DNA from: a virus
IMG/VR virus record: IMGVR_UViG_3300022752_000024
Location: 78,882-142,881 of that record
DNA length: 64,000 bases
Direction: 5' to 3' (one strand)
Below, one piece after another: positions 1 to 10,112 of the stretch. The notes beneath the pieces are model-generated. The model made no database searches and was not told the DNA's origin. It worked only from the letters and a program-made list of their open reading frames with translations. The stretch's first letter is position 1. Every line of letters starts with the position of its first letter. The translations under genes were made by a program, and so were the position numbers.

Positions 1-680
1 TCAATATTAATTTGATTAATTTGACCAACAATTTTTGCTCGTAATGGATTTCCATTAAATAAAATAGGTTGATTGCTATTATCAACGACTCTTACGAATT
101 CTCCTGATTGAAATAGTCGTTCAATATTAGAAATAAAAACTTCAGTTTTTCCATTAACTTGTAATGTGTTTTCTATTGTCGCAATTGATTGTGATGTTTC
201 TCCGAATAGTCTATAGTTTGCAGTATTCGCAAAATTTGAATCTAAAGAAGCTAATCTAAGACTTTTTGCGACAAACCATTCACTAGAAGATGCTTTAAAT
301 ACTGCTTCTTTTGTGTTAAAAAAATCAAAGTCTGAATTATAAAGAACTCTAAACAAAAATTGATATGAAGCTGGTGTTCCTTTGGTTTCATATAATTGTT
401 TAGCTGCTTTGATTAATTTTCTTTTATCTGCAAGAGCATCTTCTGGAAAGTTTGGAAGAAAATCGTTGACATAATATTGTATGAATTCGTCACTAGTTTT
501 ATCAACGTCTTTATAATTTAAAAGATTTTTAGTTCTTTCAGTTACTTTTCCATTTTGTTCCATCCACTCATAATATGCTTGAAGAAATTGAACAAATTTA
601 GAGTAATCAGGATTATCCCGAATGAATTCAGGAAGCTGCGATGGAACTAATAACGATGTTTTGTGATTATTTTCGATCAT
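1..680 (-). CDS. Baseplate wedge subunit, gp7-like (5' part; runs off window start)
   Basis: Not in ORF track. ATG at 680 overlaps the gp6 stop (ATGA). Translates MIENNHKTSLLVPSQLPEFIRDNPDYSKFVQFLQAYYEWMEQ...LYETKGTPASYQFLFRVLY; sits directly after gp6. Confidence 0.7.
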   Translation of the reverse strand, partial: MIENNHKTSLLVPSQLPEFIRDNPDYSKFVQFLQAYYEWMEQNGKVTERTKNLLNYKDVDKTSDEFIQYYVNDFLPNFPEDALADKRKLIKAAKQLYETKGTPASYQFLFRVLYNSDFDFFNTKEAVFKASSSEWFVAKSLRLASLDSNFANTANYRLFGETSQSIATIENTLQVNGKTEVFISNIERLFQSGEFVRVVDNSNQPILFNGNPLRAKIVGQINQINI

Positions 681-2755
681 GTCTTAGGCGTAACTTTTAC
701 CAAAATAGAATTTGGATCGTAAGGATCAACTGTAATTATTCTATTTAATGATGAAGAAATAATAGTTGTTGTTGGTTTAGCTGAAACTGTAAATTGTCCT
801 AATTCGTTATTTACCGCAAGAGGATTGAATCCGAGTAGAGTAATCACTCCTTCTTGGTAGTCAATTGTACCCGCATTAGGATTTAAAATTGTTTTTATTT
901 GATTATTATTATAATAATATGTTCTTAGTTTTCCATATCTACCTTGCAGAGTTACTATAGCACCAGCACCTTGACCTGTGGTGTCATTAGATTTTGCTGT
1001 TACTGTAGCTACTGCTGATGTATAGTTATTTCCAGAATTTGTTACAGTAATTGACGCTAGAGTTCCGTTTGGATTAATTTTTGATGTTGCGGTAGCTCCT
1101 GAACCATCACCCAAAATTGTAATTGTTGGAGCAAATTGATATTTGAATCCTGGGTTTATGACCGATACGGATTCAACACCTCCGGTTGATACTGGAACTT
1201 CTTCAATATAAACTAAGTCGATAGTGCTAGTTAAATTAGCAGGATCTCTAAATTTTAAACTCGGAGAACTATTTACTCCACTTAATAGAACTCCTCTCTG
1301 TAGAGGTGTTCCATAATATAATTTATAATCGCTAGGTGTAAATAAGTCTGGATAAAACTTTTTCTGTACTTGAATATTGATTTCATTTGCGATAATTGAT
1401 CTATCAACTGCTTGAATTTTATTAGATAAGTCAGTAGCAGAAAATGTTGAGTTGAAAGAGTTTAGTGTTGTCGCAGAAAAACTTGATATAGCTGATTTTA
1501 CATACAATTCTATTTGTGAAGCAGTTGATGTTGTTTTCTTTGGATCATACAAAACATTAGCGTTGATTTGTATATAGGCGTAATCTGGATCAACAATCGC
1601 AGGAGCAACCGTAAGAACAGAAATTGGTTTTAATACTTCATTAGTGATTCTTTGTTTTTGAACATCAGTTAAAGTGTATGCTCCAGCTGGCTTTAATGAA
1701 ATGAATACTTGTCCATACACCGGAGGATCATTTTCTTGTCCTCCCCAAACATTAATAGCATCAAAAGAAATACCTAATTTGTTTTGTTGAATTAGTGTAA
1801 TATAATCTTCTTTAGATACTGCCCGATTTTGTGCAGCATACGATTTTGGTGCTTGAAATTTAATTGAATCTATTGATTCTTTGGCTGCTCCAGTTGTTGC
1901 AGGAGATACTGAGTTGATTGTGGTGTTTGCAAAACCAGAAACTGGATCAAGTAAAACAAAACTATTTGCACTTGATGCCGAAGAACCTTCAGTAGAAATA
2001 TAGGATACTCTAACAATATTACCATCAAATAATGCCTTTCCTAATACTCCATCACCAAAATAGATTTCATAGTTACTATTCAGTCCTTCTTGTAAAAAAT
2101 AGACTAAACTTGATGAATTTAGTGCTAAAAAATCTGTAGCGTTATTATAAATCTGTGTAGAAGTATTTGTTCCAGATTGTTGCACCGATACTGTCAATGT
2201 TGTGGTATCAATATTCTGATCTGGAATTTCAAAAGTTGAACTAGGATTAGATAAAGTATCTACAGTAAAAGAATAATTTAATGGTGTTCCTTGTTTGATC
2301 GTAATATTATTAAATGTTGCTGTGTTATTGATTACATTTACTGTCGTAGAATCTGAAGTAACGAAGTTATAGTTGATTCCATTAATAGCTTCTGACACAA
2401 AACTAGTACCTTTAGGTAATGTTAGTGCTGAGTCAGTAACTTGATTAACTATTAAATTTATCTTTGCACTTGGCGCAATAGCCGATCTTGGAATATAATT
2501 TAATGTTTTTGCTTGAGATACAACAGAACTTCTTTGAAGTGCAGTATCTAAAAACATTTCATTACCAACCATGTTCAAATAGTATGCATTATATTGAGTA
2601 TTATATGCAAGAACATCAAGAAGAATAGACATGCCAGAACCGGAAAAATTATAGTCCTTAAATGTGTTCTGACTTCTTAGATAGTTAATTAGACTAGTTT
2701 TAACGTCTGCAAAATCTAAGTCTGCAAACTGAAATTGAGAATTGGCTCCAGCCAT
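677..2755 (-). CDS. 6: Baseplate wedge subunit gp6
   Basis: LDFADVKTSL..FKDYNFSGSGMSILLDVLAYNT, YEIYFGDGVLG and AQNRAVSKEDY motifs typical of T4-like gp6. Confidence 0.95.
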   Translation of the reverse strand: MAGANSQFQFADLDFADVKTSLINYLRSQNTFKDYNFSGSGMSILLDVLAYNTQYNAYYLNMVGNEMFLDTALQRSSVVSQAKTLNYIPRSAIAPSAKINLIVNQVTDSALTLPKGTSFVSEAINGINYNFVTSDSTTVNVINNTATFNNITIKQGTPLNYSFTVDTLSNPSSTFEIPDQNIDTTTLTVSVQQSGTNTSTQIYNNATDFLALNSSSLVYFLQEGLNSNYEIYFGDGVLGKALFDGNIVRVSYISTEGSSASSANSFVLLDPVSGFANTTINSVSPATTGAAKESIDSIKFQAPKSYAAQNRAVSKEDYITLIQQNKLGISFDAINVWGGQENDPPVYGQVFISLKPAGAYTLTDVQKQRITNEVLKPISVLTVAPAIVDPDYAYIQINANVLYDPKKTTSTASQIELYVKSAISSFSATTLNSFNSTFSATDLSNKIQAVDRSIIANEINIQVQKKFYPDLFTPSDYKLYYGTPLQRGVLLSGVNSSPSLKFRDPANLTSTIDLVYIEEVPVSTGGVESVSVINPGFKYQFAPTITILGDGSGATATSKINPNGTLASITVTNSGNNYTSAVATVTAKSNDTTGQGAGAIVTLQGRYGKLRTYYYNNNQIKTILNPNAGTIDYQEGVITLLGFNPLAVNNELGQFTVSAKPTTTIISSSLNRIITVDPYDPNSILVKVTPKT

Positions 2756-3147
2756 TATCTTGACCTCTCAAGAATTAGGTTAATTGATGTTGGTTCTGTG
2801 CTATTGCCGACAAAAAACTGCAACTCAACATAAAATGCATTTTGATCTTCTATTGACAAAACTTTTACTGAAATTAAATTGACTCTGGGTTCATAGTTTT
2901 TTATGACATTTCGTATTTCTGTCTCTAATGATGATGCAGTAATAGCAGTAGACGGTTCAAAGAGATATCCTTCTACGTTTGAACCTAGCCCTGGTTGAAA
3001 CAGTCTCTCATAGAAGTTTGTCAACAACAGATTTCTCATTGATCGAATAACTGCCTGTTCATCATAACTAATAGAAACATCACCTGTAACTGGATTACGG
3101 GTAAATGTTAAATCTAAATCTGAATAAATTTTTTGTAGTGTAGGCAT
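2755..3147 (-). CDS. 25: Baseplate wedge subunit gp25
   Basis: YSDLDLTF..NPVTGD..ERLFQPGLGS..NYEPRV; between gp5 and gp6. Confidence 0.95.
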   Translation of the reverse strand: MPTLQKIYSDLDLTFTRNPVTGDVSISYDEQAVIRSMRNLLLTNFYERLFQPGLGSNVEGYLFEPSTAITASSLETEIRNVIKNYEPRVNLISVKVLSIEDQNAFYVELQFFVGNSTEPTSINLILERSR

Positions 3148-3163
3148 CTCTTATTTATGACTG

Positions 3164-4135
3164 TTATTGTGGAGCACCTGTACTTCCACCTTGTGCATCC
3201 GGGTGTGTATGATTATCTAAGCTGATTCCGCCAGAAACTACATCTCCAGTAGCGGTTATTTTTCCGTTAACGCTCACATCACCAGTTACATTTACGTCAC
3301 CAGTTAAGTTGAAAGAACTGGCAACTGCGGTAACTTTGCTTGCTTTTAAATTAACGTTGCCTGATACTGTAATGCTACACGTACCTTGAATATCTATAAA
3401 ATCGTCACCTACAATAATCTCGTAATTCTTACCTAAAACTTTAGTAACTTTGCTACCATCTGGACGCATTTCAATATAAGTACCTGTTCTGTGTGCAAGA
3501 TTTACTCGTTCCGAATCAGGAGTATCGTCAAACTCGATTACATGACCCGACTCCGTTTCTTTTACATCATTATATGGAGGTACTGCATTATATGGTGAAG
3601 CGGGTTCGCTCCAAGATACTCCATCAGCAGTTGGAACATCTTTTGTTAATGATGCATTTCTACGACCAATAATGGTAGAACCAATGCCTTCATTTCTATA
3701 TAATCTACTTGTTGTAGGTTCTCCGACATACCTAGGATATCGAGTTGCCAAACCGCCAAATGGTTTAGGAGCTGCTGTTAATTCTGCACTTGATCTTGGA
3801 TCAGAGAAACCTTTTTGTGGATTATTTACGTATGGAGTAGGTATCCCAGGTAAAACACCAAAATATATAGGTACTTGACCTGAAGTACCATCGTAAAAGA
3901 AACCAATAACCCAATCACCTTCGACTGGTGTTGTGAATGTTTTTGAATTGTTGACAGGCAATACTGGTTGCGCCCACGGTAAATCAGCAGTAGGAATTAA
4001 TGTTTTATTTTCTGTGTGCCAACCAAATATTCGTATTTGACACCGACCTACATTTAACGGATCTTTTCTGTTTTCAACGACACCCGTCCACCAGATGAAT
4101 CCATTTAATCCTGCAAATATGGTATTCTCATTCAT
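3164..4135 (-). CDS. 5: Baseplate central spike gp5 (no lysozyme domain; C-terminal HxH apex)
   Basis: WWTGVVENRKDPLNVGRCQIRIFG OB-fold, ETESGHVIEFDDTP..ER motif, beta-helix repeats, ends LDNHTHPDAQGGSTGAPQ. Confidence 0.9.
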   Translation of the reverse strand: MNENTIFAGLNGFIWWTGVVENRKDPLNVGRCQIRIFGWHTENKTLIPTADLPWAQPVLPVNNSKTFTTPVEGDWVIGFFYDGTSGQVPIYFGVLPGIPTPYVNNPQKGFSDPRSSAELTAAPKPFGGLATRYPRYVGEPTTSRLYRNEGIGSTIIGRRNASLTKDVPTADGVSWSEPASPYNAVPPYNDVKETESGHVIEFDDTPDSERVNLAHRTGTYIEMRPDGSKVTKVLGKNYEIIVGDDFIDIQGTCSITVSGNVNLKASKVTAVASSFNLTGDVNVTGDVSVNGKITATGDVVSGGISLDNHTHPDAQGGSTGAPQ

Positions 4136-5571
4136 TATTTCTTCACTCCTGATACCGTAGCTTTATATATTGGCTTAGAGTTGTCCACATTAGAATAATT
4201 ATTTGGTAAGCTATCTTTAACTACTTCAACGACAGTATTATACGCACCAGTTTGAATGATATGACGAACCGCAGTAATTAAATATTTTCCAGAATAATAT
4301 TTATCGGTTGTTTTTGGATCTTTCTCTGAAGCAGGATCCTGTGATAACATTTTAAAATCTATTGTCATTCCAATAGTTAAGTTAGGATCTCCAGCAACAT
4401 ATAATTTCATTCGAGTATAGTTCGTTAATGCTAATTGAGATTTTCTTTGAGAAAATGTTGTCTCGACAAAAGAATCTTTAGTTACAGAATCTGGTTTATT
4501 TTTAATATAGTCAACTTTCGATTGATTTTTATTTGTTGATGTTAATTTAAAACAACCTTCAGGAGTCTCGTATAGAGTTTTCCCAAATCGATTCTGTAGA
4601 TTGTTAACAACAGGATTTGAATTTAATGTTTTTGCTTTGAGGTGGTAATCCATATAATTAAAATCTGTTACTTCGTATCTATGAAGCAATGGATCAATAG
4701 TCAGCAAACGATTTGCAAACATACCAGAAGATATACCATCTAATATATTAAATGAATCAATTAATTCGTATGCTAAAACATTAAAAACTTCTGTAGAACC
4801 TAAGTCACCATAATCCTCAGATTTTATATTTTTAGGACGATAATGATACGTCTGATATGGAGTTCTTTTGAATAATGTTTGTAATGAAGAAAAATTGTAT
4901 CCTTCAGCATTTTCGAAAAACAACATATCTGCACCAACATTTCCTTGTATTCCAGACTGAGAATAAAGTGTTAACCAATTTATTGCTTCGAATGGTTTAA
5001 AGTTTGGAACAATTATACTGTAGATTCCTTTAGTTTGTTCTATATTTCTCTGATTGTATTTGTGTTCTGGTGCTTTTATATAAACATTTAATATATCTTT
5101 AATGATATCTGAAATTTGTTTATTTGGATAAGATTTACTGATTCGATATTGTTCAGAGAGAACGAGTTCGTCAGAACAAAAATATATTGCATAAGATTCA
5201 GAATCAAATCCAGATGACTTTTGTCTTGGGGATATTTTATATACTCTGAATAGTTTATCTATTCTAATATTAGGATTATTATCTTTACCAAAAGCCAATC
5301 TTATATATTCATTTCCATGTAAACCAAGCTTCTCGATATAACCTTGTGCATCAGAAATCATTACTTGACCAGATACTGAATTATTATAAATGTCCTCAAA
5401 GTAAGATAATTCTACCATGCTAGGTTTTAAGTCTAGTGTGATAAATTGACCGGATAGAAGATTAATCGATATAAGGTTATAGTCTTTAGAGTAAACAATA
5501 CCTTTTGTTTTATCTCCTACGGTAGGATTACTTGTCTGTGCTTGTGTTGGACTAACTAAATTAATTGCCAT
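4135..5571 (-). CDS. Baseplate hub protein, probably gp27-like
   Basis: Between gp53 and gp5; FFENAEGYNFSSLQTL and YYSGKYLITAVRHII motifs of hub proteins. Confidence 0.55.
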   Translation of the reverse strand: MAINLVSPTQAQTSNPTVGDKTKGIVYSKDYNLISINLLSGQFITLDLKPSMVELSYFEDIYNNSVSGQVMISDAQGYIEKLGLHGNEYIRLAFGKDNNPNIRIDKLFRVYKISPRQKSSGFDSESYAIYFCSDELVLSEQYRISKSYPNKQISDIIKDILNVYIKAPEHKYNQRNIEQTKGIYSIIVPNFKPFEAINWLTLYSQSGIQGNVGADMLFFENAEGYNFSSLQTLFKRTPYQTYHYRPKNIKSEDYGDLGSTEVFNVLAYELIDSFNILDGISSGMFANRLLTIDPLLHRYEVTDFNYMDYHLKAKTLNSNPVVNNLQNRFGKTLYETPEGCFKLTSTNKNQSKVDYIKNKPDSVTKDSFVETTFSQRKSQLALTNYTRMKLYVAGDPNLTIGMTIDFKMLSQDPASEKDPKTTDKYYSGKYLITAVRHIIQTGAYNTVVEVVKDSLPNNYSNVDNSKPIYKATVSGVKK

Positions 5572-5572
5572 A

Positions 5573-6208
5573 TTATGTCATTAATAGTGATTTCAATTTA
5601 TCTTCCATGTCATCAGCATAGTTTTCATTGATAATTTTTGTCTCTCTTTTCATTTCATTGGTTTCTAATTCATAATCATATATGGTTTTTGTTTGACGAG
5701 ATTGAGTAACTCTAGTATAGCTGCCTGAAGGAAAATATTTTGTGGTTATTAAATTTACAGGTAAGTTTGCATAGGTTTCTTGATCTACAATAAAAACATT
5801 TGTTGTGGTAATATTGGATTGAGAATCATATGTCAATACAAGTTTTTCATATAGTTTTATTGTGGATTGAGTATATGCAATAACAGTTTGACTGTTGGCG
5901 TTTGCCGCTGCTTTATATTTGTCGTTAAGAAACGATTGAAAATTTCTTTGAGATAAAGGTAAATCCCATTGCGGATCAATAATATTGTTTCCATATAAAA
6001 ATATCCAATAACGATATGGGTTATTGTAATATTTTGTTGCTATGATCTCTGGCGTGTCTCCATCTTGCACGGCATAGGTATAATATAATGAAGGATTGTT
6101 CACTAAATTTGGAACAATATTAACTCTAGCCAATAAATTAGTTGCTAAAGTTGCTGTGCCTAAACCATCTGAATTAATTAATTTCGGAAAATTAGAAAAA
6201 TATTTCAT
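5573..6208 (-). CDS. 53: Baseplate wedge subunit gp53
   Basis: MKYFSNFP..YAVQDGDTPEIIATKYY..YWIFL..NNIIDPQWDLP (LysM-like gp53 signature). Confidence 0.9.
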   Translation of the reverse strand: MKYFSNFPKLINSDGLGTATLATNLLARVNIVPNLVNNPSLYYTYAVQDGDTPEIIATKYYNNPYRYWIFLYGNNIIDPQWDLPLSQRNFQSFLNDKYKAAANANSQTVIAYTQSTIKLYEKLVLTYDSQSNITTTNVFIVDQETYANLPVNLITTKYFPSGSYTRVTQSRQTKTIYDYELETNEMKRETKIINENYADDMEDKLKSLLMT

Positions 6209-7410
6209 TATCTAACCTCTCCTTTTTCCATTCGTGTTCTGTCGAGAATTTCGATTTCTTTAAATGACAAGTTTAATCTAGTTTGTACAGGTGCGCCACC
6301 AGAATATGCTGCCCAACCATTTGGAGCATAATCAACAGAAACATCTTCTAAAACACAATCTCCTACCTTATATAGTCTATCATTTTCATTTCCAGTTGAT
6401 ACTCCACCATTACCAGTAATTGCGTTTCCCAAAGGAACATTAGGAATAATACTATTGCCTGCTTTCTGTAGCATATTTGTTAGTCCAGAAATTCCTCCAG
6501 ACTTTGCCATTAAAAAATTCATATTAAAAATAGAAGGAGGAGTAAAATACATACCACCTTTACCTTGAACTCTAGGAGAAGATGCGTATATGAACGTATT
6601 GACTATTGCAGAAACTTGATCTGATTCTTCTTTTGATTTTGGAGTAAACAGAAACTCCATGGTAAAAGTTCTAAACCCTACACCTTTATATATTAGTTGC
6701 AACTGAGGATTAATCGCCTTACCTAAAGCTTTTAATCCTAAATCTGTAAGGTTGGTATTAAACTGTCTGTCTGCTAGTCTCAATGCTGCTTCTGGTCCAT
6801 ATTCTTCTAAATTCTTAATGACTGCGTTTTTGATATCAGCTCCACTTCCTCCACCAGCATTTAAATCTTCGATTATCGATCCTATCGCTCCAGCCGCTCT
6901 ATTCATGCCATTAGTTGCCTCTATTAGAGTCAAGTCACTATATTCTGCATGATAATTCATAGCTAAAGTATCTGGCATATACAACGAAACAACAGTCTTT
7001 GTTTCTTTTTTGTTTGGTTTCAAATGAGCATTTAAGTTTGTCGCTAAGTCTGCGGCTTTTACTGTAGCTGATTTTAACTGGCTCGCACCTTTAGCTATTT
7101 GTGCTTTTGCGGCTTCTCTTGCTTTCTCGTCTAATGATACAAAATTCGCAGCACCAGCAGCAGCATTGTAAGTACCTGAAACAGAATCACTTACCGCATC
7201 ATATAATTTTGTTTCTTCGAATTGTGTTGGAAGAATTTCAGAAATAGTGAATTGCACAATATGCATTTTTGAAGGATCATTACCTAAATCTGATGGATAT
7301 TGGTACTTGTTTAGACCTGTTTTTGTCCCAAATAGCTTATCTAATGGTCCTTTAATGACTCCAGTCAAACTGCCTGTAGAGATCCCGCCTATTTGATTGA
7401 TAATAGCCAT
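6208..7410 (-). CDS. 48: Baseplate tail-tube cap gp48
   Basis: YQYPSDL, LYMPDTL, AINPQLQLIYKGVGFRTFTMEFLFTPKSKEE, CVLEDVSVDYAP, LSFKEIE. Confidence 0.85.
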   Translation of the reverse strand: MAIINQIGGISTGSLTGVIKGPLDKLFGTKTGLNKYQYPSDLGNDPSKMHIVQFTISEILPTQFEETKLYDAVSDSVSGTYNAAAGAANFVSLDEKAREAAKAQIAKGASQLKSATVKAADLATNLNAHLKPNKKETKTVVSLYMPDTLAMNYHAEYSDLTLIEATNGMNRAAGAIGSIIEDLNAGGGSGADIKNAVIKNLEEYGPEAALRLADRQFNTNLTDLGLKALGKAINPQLQLIYKGVGFRTFTMEFLFTPKSKEESDQVSAIVNTFIYASSPRVQGKGGMYFTPPSIFNMNFLMAKSGGISGLTNMLQKAGNSIIPNVPLGNAITGNGGVSTGNENDRLYKVGDCVLEDVSVDYAPNGWAAYSGGAPVQTRLNLSFKEIEILDRTRMEKGEVR

Positions 7411-7446
7411 GAGTTGAATATATAATACAATTAACGTTAATGATTA

Positions 7447-7454
7447 TATTTATA
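7447..7454 (-). promoter_or_regulatory. T4-type late promoter TATAAATA upstream of the gp48-gp7 operon
   Basis: Exact TATAAATA on the minus strand about 36 nt before the gp48 start. Confidence 0.8.
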
Positions 7455-7873
7455 TGGCATACTCTGGACGATTTAAACCTTCAAACCCACAAAAGTATAT
7501 AGGTGACTATAATAATGTCATTTACCGGTCATCATGGGAATGTAGAGTGATGAATTGGCTTGACAAAAATCCTGAAATATTACAATGGAGTTCTGAGGAA
7601 CTTGTCATTCCATACAAGTCACCAGTTGACGGAAAATTTCATAGGTACTTTCCAGACTTTACAGTAAAGACAAAAAACAAAACACTGGTTATTGAAATTA
7701 AACCAGAAAGAGAAAAAAAAGAACCTAAACCTCGTAGTAGAATTACAAAACAATACATTCAAGAAGTTGCTACCTATGGAATCAATCAAGCAAAATGGAA
7801 AGCAGCAACGGAATATTGTCTTGATAGAGGTTGGGAGTTCAAAGTTTTAACAGAAAAAGACCTAGGAATATGA
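7454..7873 (+). CDS. 4: Head completion nuclease gp4 (TnsA-like)
   Basis: YSGRFKPSNPQKYIGD..YRSSWE..WSSEE..HRYFPDF..IEIKP..NQAKWKAA. Confidence 0.92.
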   Translation: MAYSGRFKPSNPQKYIGDYNNVIYRSSWECRVMNWLDKNPEILQWSSEELVIPYKSPVDGKFHRYFPDFTVKTKNKTLVIEIKPEREKKEPKPRSRITKQYIQEVATYGINQAKWKAATEYCLDRGWEFKVLTEKDLGI

Positions 7874-7885
7874 GATAAATAGTAT

Positions 7886-8482
7886 ATGGCCTCTCAATTA
7901 ACTAAAATCGCACAACAAAAATCCAATCTCGATCACGAAATATTATCGAGAGAGAGTATCAATTGGCTAAAACAAAAAATTAATACTATTCGTAACCCAA
8001 TAGCAGTCGCAAGAGAAATTACAAGAGAACAGCAAAGAAAACAAAGAACTGTACTAAGAGGTCATTTGTATTTCTATGCTTATGATCCAAAATATGCGGA
8101 GATTTTACCATATTACGATATCTTTCCTCTTACTCTGGTATTGGAAAAATATGGCGATGGATTTCTTGGATTAAATCTGCATTATTTACCAATACCATAC
8201 CGTGCCGCATTTTTGGATAGATTGCTCGACTTTGCCAAATACGATGAAAATGAGGGTATAGAGAGGCTCAGAGTAACATATGACATTCTGAGAGCAACTA
8301 AGAATTTAAAGGCGTTTGAGCCCTGTCTGAAGCGTTATTTGTACGGTCAAATGAAAACTCCTCCACTAAAAGTAGAAAACCATGAGTGGGAGACAGCTTT
8401 ATTTTTGCCAGTGGAAAGATTTCAAAAAGCTAAAAAGTCTACGGTACATAAAGAATCGATAGAACAAATAAAGGAAATATAA
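7886..8482 (+). CDS. 2: DNA end protector protein gp2
   Basis: YFYAYDPK..LPYYDIFPL..FLGLNLHYLP..CLKRYL. Confidence 0.9.
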   Translation: MASQLTKIAQQKSNLDHEILSRESINWLKQKINTIRNPIAVAREITREQQRKQRTVLRGHLYFYAYDPKYAEILPYYDIFPLTLVLEKYGDGFLGLNLHYLPIPYRAAFLDRLLDFAKYDENEGIERLRVTYDILRATKNLKAFEPCLKRYLYGQMKTPPLKVENHEWETALFLPVERFQKAKKSTVHKESIEQIKEI

Positions 8483-9178
8483 ATGCCATCGTTAAACGAG
8501 TTCAAAGCCAGTTTTAAAACTGATTTTGCCAGACCAGCTAGGTTTAATGTGGAAATTCCACTTCCACTAAAACTTGTGGCATATTTAAATACAGCAAGAT
8601 TACTAACATTAAGATGCGAAAATGCTGAACTTCCAGGTAAAACTGTAGCCACAACAGATAGAAAAATTTATGGTCCTATCGAAAAGCAACCGTATCTAAC
8701 TACTTTTAATGACTCTACATTCACCTTCATTGTGAGTGACGACATGAAAGAGAAAAAGCTTTTTGATGCATGGATGGATTTAATTAATCCAAAAACCACA
8801 TTTGACCTAAATTACAAAGGTGACTACATTACACCAATTACTGTGAATCAGTATGATGTAACAAATAAATTATCTTACTCAGTTACAATGATTGATGCAT
8901 TTCCTGTTTCAGTAAACCAATTGGACTTAGATTGGAGTAATGATAACACTCATCATAAACTATCGGTAACCTTTGCATATTATACTTGGGAAAATAATTC
9001 AATTCAAAGCTTTGCACAGGACCTCGTCAATGCTGGAATCTCAACTGGAGTTGATATTGCAACAGAAGCACTTTCGAAATTTAATTTTAAATCACCATTC
9101 AGTCCACTTACTTCTGACACCGGAGGCGCCGTTTATGATATGAAAACTATCGCTAAAGGTTTTGAAGGAAAAAATTAA
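8483..9178 (+). CDS. Tail tube-like baseplate initiator (gp54/gp19 family)
   Basis: FARPARFNV, LRCENAELPG, FDAWMDLI, DAFPVSVNQLDLDW, LSVTFAY tube-fold motifs. Confidence 0.75.
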   Translation: MPSLNEFKASFKTDFARPARFNVEIPLPLKLVAYLNTARLLTLRCENAELPGKTVATTDRKIYGPIEKQPYLTTFNDSTFTFIVSDDMKEKKLFDAWMDLINPKTTFDLNYKGDYITPITVNQYDVTNKLSYSVTMIDAFPVSVNQLDLDWSNDNTHHKLSVTFAYYTWENNSIQSFAQDLVNAGISTGVDIATEALSKFNFKSPFSPLTSDTGGAVYDMKTIAKGFEGKN

Positions 9179-9195
9179 TATTATAGGAGATCATC

Positions 9196-9921
9196 ATGGG
9201 TTTGCCAAAAATAGATACACCAATTTACGAACTTGATTTGCCGTTGTCTAAAAAACATATTCGTTTCAGACCTTTTCTAGTAAAAGAACAAAGAAACTTA
9301 TTGATGGCTCTTGAAGCAGAAGATAATGACAGTATAGAGCAAAACATTAAACAAGTTTTGCATAATTGTACTTTGACTGAAGATATTGATATCGAAAAAC
9401 TTCCTGTTACAGATGTTGAATATTATTTTCTAAATCTTCGTGCCCGGTCAGTCGGAGAAGTTGCAGAAAACAAATATAGATGCAACAATGAGGTAGACGG
9501 AAAAGAATGCGGTAGCATAATGGAAGTGAATGTGAATTTGCTGGACATCAAAGTAGATATGCCAGAAAATATTACAGATACCATTAAGTTGTCAAATAAT
9601 ATGACAGTTAAACTAAAGTATCCTGAGTTTTCTATAGTTAAAGAAGCAAAAGATACTACGGATATTGGAGAGTTTGCAATTAAAATGATTGCAAGTAGTA
9701 TTGAATATATTCACGATGGAGAACAATTCTATTATGCATCTGAAGTGGATCAGAATGAACTTGTTGAATTTATAGATTCTCTCAATCAACAACAGTTTGT
9801 AAAACTAGAAGAATTCTTCAACAATCTACCTAAGTTGCAAAAGACTGTAGATTTTACTTGTGGTAAATGCGAGTTCAATCACAAACTAGAACTTGAAGGA
9901 CTCAACAATTTTTTCGTCTAA
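9196..9921 (+). CDS. 26: Baseplate hub assembly protein, gp26 family
   Basis: MGLPKIDTPIYELDLP..RFRPFLVKE..LRARSVGE; Cys pairs; ends EGLNNFFV. Confidence 0.85.
   Translation: MGLPKIDTPIYELDLPLSKKHIRFRPFLVKEQRNLLMALEAEDNDSIEQNIKQVLHNCTLTEDIDIEKLPVTDVEYYFLNLRARSVGEVAENKYRCNNEVDGKECGSIMEVNVNLLDIKVDMPENITDTIKLSNNMTVKLKYPEFSIVKEAKDTTDIGEFAIKMIASSIEYIHDGEQFYYASEVDQNELVEFIDSLNQQQFVKLEEFFNNLPKLQKTVDFTCGKCEFNHKLELEGLNNFFV
9909..9915 (+). other. Candidate -1 ribosomal frameshift slippery heptamer T-TTT-TTC
   Basis: X-XXY-YYZ heptamer phased with the gp26 codons, one sense codon before the stop; the -1 frame is open into the gp51-like ORF. Confidence 0.65.
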
Positions 9922-9971
9922 CCTTTCGTCATGATTCATTGCAGAATTATTATAGAACAAATTTTGCATTG

Positions 9972-10112
9972 ATGCAGCATCACAAATATAGTCTTGCGGA
10001 ACTTGAGAATATGCTACCGTGGGAGAGAGATATTTACGTGAATCTCTTAATTCAACACATTGAAGAAGAAAATGAAAAAATAAAACAAAGAAACGCAGAA
10101 AGAAGAAAGTAG
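9972..10112 (+). CDS. 51: Baseplate hub assembly catalyst, short gp51 family (probably expressed as a frameshift extension of gp26)
   Basis: Below the ORF-track cut-off: MQHHKYSLAELENMLPWERDIYVNLLIQHIEEENEKIKQRNAERRK. Confidence 0.85.
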   Translation: MQHHKYSLAELENMLPWERDIYVNLLIQHIEEENEKIKQRNAERRK

